Below, in pieces: positions 1 to 8,457 of a stretch of DNA of 64,000 bases. This stretch comes from an uncultured Rhabdochlamydiaceae bacterium (GTDB taxonomy: Bacteria; Chlamydiota; Chlamydiia; Chlamydiales; Rhabdochlamydiaceae). Position 1 is the stretch's first letter. The number at the start of each line of letters is the position of its first letter. The DNA lies in NCBI GenBank assembly GCA_963712275.1, contig CAVQHD010000001.1, positions 1,376,001 to 1,440,000 on the forward strand, given 5' to 3'. The notes beneath the pieces were generated by a model. It saw only the letters and a list, made by a program, of their open reading frames with translations. It was not told where the DNA came from and made no database searches. Position numbers and translations under genes: made by a program.

Positions 1-129
1 CAGGCGGAGCGGTCGCCTCTGCCCTTGTCTTTTTCGCACTTAAGTCTTTATTTATCTAATTATAAATAACTTATAATTATAAAGATTATTATTATAAATA
101 ATACTATAATAATAAAAAAAGGCGTAATA

Positions 130-2199
130 ATGGCTAAAAAGAAAAAAAGCCAAGCAACTGTTTTAGAAGCTGTCGATACTTTATCTCATTTAGTTGACTT
201 GGACGTTGAAAAACCAGAGAAAACCAAGTGGCTTGATCCTGCAAAAGTGGAAGAGAACCAAGAAACCGTTCGCGAAACCTTTCGGACCATCAATACTTAC
301 TTACAACATCTCTACCAAAAAGATCGGCAGGAGCTATCCCATCCTCAGATGCAAAAGGGGGTTCGAGCGATGATAGAGCTTGCGGGGGAGGCTGCCCGCA
401 AAGTCGATCAATATGCCGAGCTATTCCCTAAGACGCTCAAAGACACGCAGGGAAAAGAAGAGTCCATTTCCGAATTCAAAAAACTGCAACAATTTTACCT
501 CTCCAAAGTGTTTTCCAAAGTCAGCAAAGCCTCTGTTGAAGAGGATTGGGAGCAAGAAGGGGGAGAGCTAAACACCGACAATGAGAGGCAAGTTCTGCAA
601 GATCTCGATACAGTTCGTCAGGATAGAGATTACGAGTTATTTTATATCACCCACGATGATGGGACTCCTTTTTTTACATCTAATTTGCTCAGGCATCTCC
701 GCATGGTTGGGAATTTCGATGAAACATTTATTTCCTCCGATGAGCGAGAAGATCTGCTGAGCCAGCTGGAAACTGCTCTGGATAGAGAGTTTCATCTTTC
801 CGCTCAAAAAATGGTGCAGGAGTGCACAGATTTAATCGATCTTTTCTACAGAGAAGCCCTTCAGCATAAAGATCACGACACGTTGATGCAGATGAATAAG
901 GCAATTATGGCTTTATTTCTTGCAGCTAACCCCAGAAATCTCCGTCACAATTCCAAAGGCAAATATGCAACGAATTATTGGAGCGATTTTCTCTATTACT
1001 TCCGTTTAGCGCTCCAAACAGAAAGTTATCAAAAATGGAAGGAGGGAAAAGCAGAATCCGAACTCGATCAAAATTGCCTCAAATTGATGCATCTCATGAG
1101 CCATACTCTCTTTTTAAAAGCAAGAGCGCGCGATCAAGACCTAGAGATCCTTCATGCGTTGATAGGGAAGGATTTAGATTCTTCTAAATCTATTTGGGCA
1201 TCTCTTGCAGATGCAGAACTCAAGTTATTACAAGAACTTAGGAACTACCCTTCAGGCCCTTTGATGAAAACACTTAAGATGTTTCGTCAGGAAGAGGGAA
1301 AAGAAGGGTTCAACCCTCTCCTCCAGCAGAATAATGCAGGACAAATTTTTAACATTACGACTGAAGATCTTCATACAACAGTCATCCATACACCGATGCC
1401 CATTCATCAAACAACATTAGAAAGTGCGGAGATTGTACCTGAATTTAAAGAGTATCTTCATGCACTTGGCGAAAGAAAGCACCTTTATGTCAATTTGCAA
1501 GATCGTACATCGTGGAAAGAGCAGTTTCGGTGCAAGCTCTTAGAAAAACTGTCGGAGCAGGGAGAATTTTCTCACGCTTTTCATTTGATCACACTCCCCA
1601 AAGATACCGATTTTTACCATCAGAAACATCCGTATGGCGATCTCGATGATGCAAAGCAGTTTTGTATCACATGCATTGACCAGGTGGTAAGTGGCAAGGA
1701 ATGCGGGTTTTATTTTCCACCTGGAAAGACCCCAAAAGGATGGATTGAGCCTTTAGTCAAGTTTGTGCACGACCAGTTTTTCGAAAATAAACCTCATTTG
1801 AATCGGAAAGAGCGGCTTGATTTCATTGAAATTCTTTATTTTTTCATCGTCTTGCGGTACTTCGATCAAGAGAAACCCGATGTGCTTAATTTTAGTTGTA
1901 AAGACGGAATTGATGCAGGGGCTGCAATGGCCGCCTCTTTTTACGGATTTACGCGGATGCTCTCATCTGCAGCTTCTTGGACAAGCACCGATCGAGATTT
2001 TTTCCTTTTCTCCCTGTTTCTTCCAGCCCTTTTTATCCGCCGCCGCTCTATCGACACCGCGCGAACCCAACGGGCCTTTTCAGCCCTTGAGCACTTTGAG
2101 GCTGTTTTAAATAAGAATCGAGATCAAGTCTTAAAAAATTGCGTCAAAATCCTCCCCGAGATCTCCCTAAAAAACATCAGCATCACCGATGTGGCGTGA
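130..2199 (+). CDS. Hypothetical protein, chlamydial-type; C-terminal degenerate CX5R-like loop (SCKDGIDA)
   Basis: 689-aa ORF after an AT-rich leader. The motif NFSCKDGIDAG resembles phosphoinositide-phosphatase P-loops but lacks the Arg. Confidence 0.6.
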   Translation: MAKKKKSQATVLEAVDTLSHLVDLDVEKPEKTKWLDPAKVEENQETVRETFRTINTYLQHLYQKDRQELSHPQMQKGVRAMIELAGEAARKVDQYAELFPKTLKDTQGKEESISEFKKLQQFYLSKVFSKVSKASVEEDWEQEGGELNTDNERQVLQDLDTVRQDRDYELFYITHDDGTPFFTSNLLRHLRMVGNFDETFISSDEREDLLSQLETALDREFHLSAQKMVQECTDLIDLFYREALQHKDHDTLMQMNKAIMALFLAANPRNLRHNSKGKYATNYWSDFLYYFRLALQTESYQKWKEGKAESELDQNCLKLMHLMSHTLFLKARARDQDLEILHALIGKDLDSSKSIWASLADAELKLLQELRNYPSGPLMKTLKMFRQEEGKEGFNPLLQQNNAGQIFNITTEDLHTTVIHTPMPIHQTTLESAEIVPEFKEYLHALGERKHLYVNLQDRTSWKEQFRCKLLEKLSEQGEFSHAFHLITLPKDTDFYHQKHPYGDLDDAKQFCITCIDQVVSGKECGFYFPPGKTPKGWIEPLVKFVHDQFFENKPHLNRKERLDFIEILYFFIVLRYFDQEKPDVLNFSCKDGIDAGAAMAASFYGFTRMLSSAASWTSTDRDFFLFSLFLPALFIRRRSIDTARTQRAFSALEHFEAVLNKNRDQVLKNCVKILPEISLKNISITDVA

Positions 2200-2205
2200 C
2201 TGATC

Positions 2206-3057
2206 TTATAGCTTTGCTCTGAAAATAGGCGCTGCAAAATGTCTTATTTTTCGAGCGCCTAGGGCTAAACCTAACAAACTTGCAAGCAGTAGGGCGAATA
2301 AGATCTTTTGGGAAGTGGAAAAAGAGGACTTCGATCGATAAAGATCTTCCATAAGCAATTTAATATTTTTCCCTAGTTCGGGATCCTCTTGGAAAAAGAA
2401 GAATAAAAGGTGTAAATGGTCAAGGGAAAAGGACATACCCGATAACTTTTTGCCCTCTGATAACCATTGATTTATGGGGCTAAAATCTATCTTTGCAAAA
2501 TATTCTCGTTCAAAGGGTGTCTTTCCTCGATAGGTAAGACAAATATGTTTATAAGCTTTGTAAAATTTATGTTCACCTTGATAAGTTTGCTCAAACTTAT
2601 CCAACCATTTCGAAAGATGTTTCCTTGCAAAAGTCGTCACTTCGTCTGATGGATTATAAATTTCGTCGAAGTGCTTGAAAATATCGAAGCGAAAGCCGTT
2701 CAAGGCATAATTCCGTCGCTTGCTTTGAAGCCGCTTAAACAAATCGTTTAGCTGTCCTTCTTTGTCTTGTCCACCAATAAATTTAAAAAACTCTAGAAGG
2801 TCTTTTAGATGAAATTTGGCAGCATATCGCTTATCCCACGTATCTTCACTATCTTTCCTATTTAACTGAAAAGAGCGGCAATATTCATTTAGTCTCTTTT
2901 TCCAGATATAATTGTCTTTAGAGAGATCGTTAAATTCTTTATTGACAATTGATATTGTTCTAAGGTCTACCACAGATAAATAAGAAAATGCCAATACCTT
3001 TAGATCCTTGGAAAATAGCGGTGGAAAAAGGAATAGCTGAATAGATCCAGTGGTCAT
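2206..3057 (-). CDS. F-box domain protein with C-terminal transmembrane helix (candidate effector)
   Basis: N-terminal LFSKDLKVLAFSYLSVVDLRTISIVNKEFNDLSKDNYIWK fits the F-box consensus. C-terminal hydrophobic ILFALLLASLLGLALGA. Confidence 0.75.
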   Translation of the reverse strand: MTTGSIQLFLFPPLFSKDLKVLAFSYLSVVDLRTISIVNKEFNDLSKDNYIWKKRLNEYCRSFQLNRKDSEDTWDKRYAAKFHLKDLLEFFKFIGGQDKEGQLNDLFKRLQSKRRNYALNGFRFDIFKHFDEIYNPSDEVTTFARKHLSKWLDKFEQTYQGEHKFYKAYKHICLTYRGKTPFEREYFAKIDFSPINQWLSEGKKLSGMSFSLDHLHLLFFFFQEDPELGKNIKLLMEDLYRSKSSFSTSQKILFALLLASLLGLALGARKIRHFAAPIFRAKL

Positions 3058-3150
3058 TGGACACCTCCGAAAAAAACTTGAGCGGCATTATGGTGATATA
3101 TCATACTGTTAGTCCCATCGAATTTTAAGAAACCAATGAGGTTTATTCCT

Positions 3151-4236
3151 CTATTGGAAAAGATTAAGTGCCCTGACAGGGTATTCATAAAACAGTCTTT
3201 TGAATCTATTTGCCAGCTTTCCTTTCCACTCTTCGTTCCATATCTCTTCTTTGCTGAAATCTTTCTTTGTGTAGAGCTCATCCGTCAAGGCCATTGCTTC
3301 CCTGTTCTCTGTTGAACTTATTCTCCCTTGCCGAACAAGAGCAGTTATCCAATTACTATCCTCTCTAAGCCCAGTGGCAAGAGCTGTATCAGCGATTTGT
3401 TTGGCATTGTCGATCCTCCTCCTAAATTGTGCCGTCTCTTTTGTTGCGTCTGACATCTTGAGGGAAGCAAGTGCTTTTTCATACAGAAAAATAATGCGCT
3501 TGTGAACAATCATAGTTGTCGCATAGCACTCCTTGACTTCTTCGGGACGAACATAGTCTCCTTCCTTTTTTTCAGCCCGAGCTTCTAATAATTGATTAAG
3601 TTCCCATAATCCACTGGGGCTATAGCTTGCATGAACGATTAGGTCGGAAGAGAACGAACACTGAAATCCGCTGAGGATTTCATCTTTCTCTTCATAAGTC
3701 CTAACAATTGTTCTTGCATCGACAGCATAGAATTGCTCTTTCCATACTTTGAACCGTTCTTCTAATTCTAAGCCGATCATTAGTCCTTTACGTATATGGT
3801 CGCTTGCGAGTTGGCAGCATTTAGCTGCAGACATAAAGGAAATCACGACATTTGTAAAAAGTCCTACCCGTGATTCTTCAAGACCTCGAACTTTTAAGAA
3901 ATATTCTTGGATTTTATAGGCTCCTCCTCCTCCAATTGTCAAGCTTACAGCTTGCATGACTTTGATAATGCAAGTTTGTTTTTTTGCTTCAGATGGATTA
4001 TCCTTGAGATATTTTTGATGGATTTCCCAGCCTTCCCTGCTTAAAACAGGGTAGTAGCCTTTATCCAACTTTTGCAGAAGGAGGTCTGCTTTATGTTTTT
4101 CTGCATGATGAATAGGCTTGATCCCAGGGAAATACGGTCTTATTTCCTTGTCAAGGCGCTCAATCCAATTGGTGAAGGGCATTATCATGGCATAAGTGGT
4201 TTGCTGAACAAACTTTGGCAGTGCAGACAGCGCCAT
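3151..4236 (-). CDS. Hypothetical protein with degenerate U-box-like segment
   Basis: 361-aa ORF. FQCSFSSDLIVHASYSPSG...VRPEEVKECYA loosely follows the U-box pattern (FxCPIxxxIMxDPVxxPSG...LxxxxLxPNxA). Confidence 0.5.
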   Translation of the reverse strand: MALSALPKFVQQTTYAMIMPFTNWIERLDKEIRPYFPGIKPIHHAEKHKADLLLQKLDKGYYPVLSREGWEIHQKYLKDNPSEAKKQTCIIKVMQAVSLTIGGGGAYKIQEYFLKVRGLEESRVGLFTNVVISFMSAAKCCQLASDHIRKGLMIGLELEERFKVWKEQFYAVDARTIVRTYEEKDEILSGFQCSFSSDLIVHASYSPSGLWELNQLLEARAEKKEGDYVRPEEVKECYATTMIVHKRIIFLYEKALASLKMSDATKETAQFRRRIDNAKQIADTALATGLREDSNWITALVRQGRISSTENREAMALTDELYTKKDFSKEEIWNEEWKGKLANRFKRLFYEYPVRALNLFQ

Positions 4237-4370
4237 AAGAAATCCTTTTGTTGAATTTAAAAAAGGACTTATATTCCTTCTCCATTATTTTTTGATAGAG
4301 GAAAAAATTATTTTATTTTTCCATTGAGCTTATCCAAATCAAAGTTCGTAATAGATAAAAACCTTTTTAA

Positions 4371-4895
4371 GTGATACCCTTTGCTCTCTCGGAGGCTTTT
4401 TTAATGGAATCATCGGGTATGTTTGGTTTTGCTGCAGGAGGAACACTTTTATCTGGCCTATGCAGCTATGTGGTTTATTCACCGGAAAATAAAAGGGTCT
4501 TTTGGGGCTCTTTTGTCCTAGGATCAGCCATTTCATTCATCGCAGAAAGATATATTCAGCAGATGCCTGCAGAAGATAAAGGGAGAGAAGCGCTTAGAGG
4601 TCTTTCCATAATATTAACTGGTTATTTTGAGCCAATGGTCACAGGATCTGTTCTATCTGTTTTTTGGCTTTTGACAAGTGACAAATATCAAACCTTGACT
4701 AGAGTTATGCTGATTGTGGTGATGATTTTAAATCCGTCTTTAACTCGTGCGATCAGTTCTACTAGCCGGGCTTCTAGAGAGGTCAGCCGCTCGGTTACGT
4801 TGGTTCGTGCGATTCCTCTATCAGCTTTCTCCTTTGGGTACGCGGCAACCCAAGCCGTTTTTTCCGCTATCGACTTTTACCGTGATCAACGTTAG
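4371..4895 (+). CDS. Hypothetical membrane protein
   Basis: 174-aa ORF with several hydrophobic segments, filling an otherwise empty gap. Start uncertain. Confidence 0.45.
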   Translation: MIPFALSEAFLMESSGMFGFAAGGTLLSGLCSYVVYSPENKRVFWGSFVLGSAISFIAERYIQQMPAEDKGREALRGLSIILTGYFEPMVTGSVLSVFWLLTSDKYQTLTRVMLIVVMILNPSLTRAISSTSRASREVSRSVTLVRAIPLSAFSFGYAATQAVFSAIDFYRDQR

Positions 4896-4917
4896 AGCGA
4901 GTTTTACAACTGGCTCG

Positions 4918-5490
4918 TTAGTTTAAAGAAAGGTCATCAGGAATCATTGACAGGGTGGCGTATTTGCCTCCCATCTGTCGGAGGGTAGAGCGCCAGAGCT
5001 GGTCGGGAGGCGTTTCAAATACAGTTTGGGCGGAGGCGGGCTGCAAAAACCAGAGCCCTGTGAGAAACTCTTGTTCGAGTTGTCCTGGGCCCCATCCACA
5101 AAATCCGAAACAGAGATGAACAGAAGGGCCGCTTGTGTCAGAGACAGCTTCTTGGAGAAATTGAAAGTCACCTCCAAGGTAGACTCCTTCACACACTTTG
5201 AGATTTCGATCTCCTTCAAGGTCTTTAGAATGAAGGAGCATCATTTGGTTGGGCTGCAGAGGCCCGCCGGCTCGAAGTTGAACGTGGGGATTGGCAATCT
5301 CTTTAAGATTGAGGATTTCTGCGGGGATTTCAACGTTCAGGGGTTTGTTAATAAGGAGGCCGAAGGAACCTGCCGGGCCATGTTCACAGAGGAGGATCAC
5401 GCTTCGAAAGTAAAGGCCTGTGTTGATCTCAGGGCTTGCAAGAAGGAGAGATCCTTTGGTCAGTTGTGCGTAAGGGAGGGGTTCTTTCAT
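4918..5490 (-). CDS. YqgE/AlgH family protein (UPF0301)
   Basis: GSLLLASP, FRSVILLCEH..GSFGLLINKP, GGP and GFCGWGPGQLEQE motifs. Confidence 0.92.
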   Translation of the reverse strand: MKEPLPYAQLTKGSLLLASPEINTGLYFRSVILLCEHGPAGSFGLLINKPLNVEIPAEILNLKEIANPHVQLRAGGPLQPNQMMLLHSKDLEGDRNLKVCEGVYLGGDFQFLQEAVSDTSGPSVHLCFGFCGWGPGQLEQEFLTGLWFLQPASAQTVFETPPDQLWRSTLRQMGGKYATLSMIPDDLSLN

Positions 5491-6689
5491 GGCGTTAGGG
5501 AGTGGGATAATTGTTCATTATAGAGACGAAGATTATCAGACATCTCATCAATTTGCCTGAGAAGTTCGGCCAGGTTTTCTTTAAAGGGCGAAGAATCCAC
5601 CACCTGCTTTTTTTCTTCATCTTTTGCTTTGTCAATGAGGAGTGAAATCCTCGACATCGAGGTATTAATTTGATCGATTTCCGTTTGAAAATAGTCTTTA
5701 AAAGCGACGGGGGATTGAAGCGCCTCTAGCCTGGAGATACGCCTTGTTCGGGTCCGTTGCCATCCTTTGTTGAGGTGGAACAAGATTCCATAGTGGTTGA
5801 TGTCATTCATGAGAGTATCAGCTTTACTCATCACAGCTGTCAAACGGAGATAGAGATCATCGGCTTGAATGAGCTTGCCAAAGGTTCCTTGTCCGGAGGA
5901 GATTTCTTGGCAAATCTTATCAAAAGAGAGGGTTGCACTGCTTAGGTTCGAGGCAACGGCTCCTAAATTATCAAAAACCCCTTCCTGGCTCATTTGACCA
6001 AGAGCGGCATCGATTTTTTCCATGGAGCCTGTGAGCGCAACGGTTGCCTCTTTCACTTGGGAGACGAGCTGATTTTGGTTGATTGTTTGAGTCAGCTCAT
6101 CAATTTGCGTCATGGCTGAGGCAAAAGAGGTCGTCGCCTCTGTGAGCTTTCCTTCATTTTGAATAAACCAGTTTTTAACAAGGTCGACGGTGGCATCCAT
6201 CTTATCGCCGATATCAGAGAGACGGTTGAACGTGTTCTCAATCGGGTCGACAGAATCGGCGTAAAAAGGTGTTTTGTCGGTAATGAGTTCAGGGGTCATT
6301 CCTTTGGAAGGGGATCTTGGAACAATTGCAATCGATTTTTCCCCTAAAAGGCCTGAGGTTTGCATGCCAATTTCATCGGTTGAATAGACGCGGACACCCG
6401 AGTCAATTTTGAGTGTCAGCTGGTAGAAAAACAACCTTCCCAGCTGGTCGGTAGGCTGGGTTTCTCGCGCATGGTAAATTTCATTGATGGCTGTCACTTC
6501 TCCGATAGCCTTGCCTGCAAATAAGACACGTGTGCCGACATTAATTTTGTTCACATTGGAAAAACGGACAAAGATCGTTTGTTTTTCATCTCCAACAGAC
6601 GGCTTTAAGAACATGACGAGCCCGACCAAAACTCCAATAGAAGAGAGTAAAAAAAGGCCGATCATAAAGTTTTTAATTGAATTAGACAT
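5487..6689 (-). CDS. mlaD: MlaD/MCE family substrate-binding protein with long helical extension
   Basis: N-terminal TM helix and MCE domain (VGTRVLFAGKAIGEV, SGLLGEKSIAI); in an operon with mlaE and mlaF. Confidence 0.85.
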   Translation of the reverse strand: MSNSIKNFMIGLFLLSSIGVLVGLVMFLKPSVGDEKQTIFVRFSNVNKINVGTRVLFAGKAIGEVTAINEIYHARETQPTDQLGRLFFYQLTLKIDSGVRVYSTDEIGMQTSGLLGEKSIAIVPRSPSKGMTPELITDKTPFYADSVDPIENTFNRLSDIGDKMDATVDLVKNWFIQNEGKLTEATTSFASAMTQIDELTQTINQNQLVSQVKEATVALTGSMEKIDAALGQMSQEGVFDNLGAVASNLSSATLSFDKICQEISSGQGTFGKLIQADDLYLRLTAVMSKADTLMNDINHYGILFHLNKGWQRTRTRRISRLEALQSPVAFKDYFQTEIDQINTSMSRISLLIDKAKDEEKKQVVDSSPFKENLAELLRQIDEMSDNLRLYNEQLSHSLTP

Positions 6690-7473
6690 GGAGCTCTCTA
6701 ATTTTAAGGGGGTCTTGAGTTATTGTCTTTCTTAAGAATTCAATAATAGGATCATCGATTTTCATGAAAGCCTCAGGTTGATTAATATGAACAATTTTAC
6801 CTTGATGGATCAAGGCAAGCCTATCGCAGACATAGAGGGCAGACAAAAGATCATGCGTGACAACAATGCTGGTGGCTTTGAGCTCTTTTTGTGTTTTGAC
6901 GATGAGTTCGTTGATTTGGAAGGCGGTAATGGGGTCAAGGCCGGTTGTCGGCTCATCATAGAGAAGAATGGAGGGCCGATAGACGATGAGCCGGGCTAGC
7001 GCTGCCCTTTTTCTCATCCCTCCTGAGAGCTCAGAGGGCATTTTTTTTCCTGTCCCAGCAAGTCCTACTGTTTCAAGCGCATGACCAACCCTCTCTTGAA
7101 TTTCGGCAGATGAAAGGGGCTCTGCTGTTTGAAGATCTCCATGCTCTGTCAAAAAAAAGGCAATATTTTCTTCAACGGTCATCGAGTCAAAGAGAGCAGC
7201 TCCTTGAAAGAGCATTCCCATATGCATCGTGGCCTTATAGAGATCAGGACCATGGAGGTCTGAGATGCGTATGTCTCCAATATCAATTGTCCCTTCGTCT
7301 CCCTTAGAAATACCGATCATGTGTTTGAGAAGGACACTTTTCCCCATGCCGGAGCGGCCTAGAATGACGAGAGTTTCACCTTCATTCACATCCAAGTTCA
7401 GTCCATCAAGCACTTTATTTTTGTTAAAGCATTTATGCAGATTTTGAATACAGATTAAAGGTTTTTCCATCAC
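6682..7473 (-). CDS. mlaF: Mla-type ABC transporter ATP-binding protein
   Basis: Walker A GRSGMGKS, signature LSGGMRKR, Walker B LLYDEPTTGLDP. Confidence 0.92.
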   Translation of the reverse strand: MMEKPLICIQNLHKCFNKNKVLDGLNLDVNEGETLVILGRSGMGKSVLLKHMIGISKGDEGTIDIGDIRISDLHGPDLYKATMHMGMLFQGAALFDSMTVEENIAFFLTEHGDLQTAEPLSSAEIQERVGHALETVGLAGTGKKMPSELSGGMRKRAALARLIVYRPSILLYDEPTTGLDPITAFQINELIVKTQKELKATSIVVTHDLLSALYVCDRLALIHQGKIVHINQPEAFMKIDDPIIEFLRKTITQDPLKIRELHV

Positions 7474-8300
7474 TATAAAATCTTTTGGAGTTGCGTTCTA
7501 AACGTATTTAAGGCAAGGGTTAGAAAGAAGTTTGTAAATAAAATACAGCAGTAGGCAATGACAACGCTACTTGTTGTTGCCTGGCCCACCCCCGCTGCGC
7601 CCCCTGTCGTTTTCATCCCCTTATAGCAGCAGATGGTCATAATGAGAACTCCAAAAACAAAAGCCTTCACAACTCCTGTGAGAAGATCAAACATCGTAAT
7701 ATGTTGCGGCATCGGGTCAAAATACCCGGTCGGCGTCATCCCAAAGAAATAGACAGAGATCAAATATCCCCCAAAAATTCCCATGACCATGCCAAAAGCA
7801 GTCAGGAGCGGCATAATGAGCGACCCGGCTAAAAAGCGCGGGGCGACAAGGTACCGTTTAGGATTGACCGCCATGGTTTCTAGTGCATCGATTTGTTCTG
7901 TGACTCGCATGGTTCCAAGCTCTGCACACATGGCAGCCCCTACACGTCCTGTCACCATAAAAGCAGTTAGGACAGGCCCCAGCTCAGTGATCATGGCTTT
8001 GGCAACTAGAAGTCCCGTGACGCTTGCAAGTCCTTTATCTGACAGCTGATAGAAAGCTTGAGCTGCCAGGACAAGCCCCGTGAAAAAGCCGGTAATGGCC
8101 ACAACGGGAAGGGACGTCACCCCAATGTTATAGAGTTGCTGTAAAAGCAGGCGAAGTGAAGGGGGAGTCTTCACGGAGACTTTCACAACATCAGCGCAAA
8201 GTCGGACATACTCTCCAACCCCTTCGATGAACTTAAAGCGGCCCCTTAGCCATGCGAGTAAAGGCTCAGCCGCTTGCTCCTGCTCATTATTGAGACTCAT
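7473..8300 (-). CDS. mlaE: MlaE family ABC permease
   Basis: ELGPVLTAFMVTGRVGAAMCAELGTMRVTEQIDALETM signature. Confidence 0.93.
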   Translation of the reverse strand: MSLNNEQEQAAEPLLAWLRGRFKFIEGVGEYVRLCADVVKVSVKTPPSLRLLLQQLYNIGVTSLPVVAITGFFTGLVLAAQAFYQLSDKGLASVTGLLVAKAMITELGPVLTAFMVTGRVGAAMCAELGTMRVTEQIDALETMAVNPKRYLVAPRFLAGSLIMPLLTAFGMVMGIFGGYLISVYFFGMTPTGYFDPMPQHITMFDLLTGVVKAFVFGVLIMTICCYKGMKTTGGAAGVGQATTSSVVIAYCCILFTNFFLTLALNTFRTQLQKIL

Positions 8301-8363
8301 GATGCTTAGGCCTCCCTGCCTACCCTTCTCTCATCATGGCAGATTAGGGGATTTCTATCTAAT

Positions 8364-8419
8364 AAGGGAATTGCAAAACTCCGATTTGGGGCCAAATTCG
8401 ATGATTTTTGGGCAGGGCC
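8364..8419. repeat. Truncated copy of the 167-bp palindromic element
   Basis: aagggaattgcaaaactccgatttggggccaaattcgatgatttttgggcagggcc matches the element ends at 36575 and 48627. Confidence 0.85.
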
Positions 8420-8457
8420 TTGCGTACGACAAAAAATCAAATATTTTTTATTTCTTT

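Noticed and set aside
3054..3281. 75-aa ORF between the F-box and U-box-like genes
   Set aside because: Mostly overlaps the upstream gene in another frame and has no motif.
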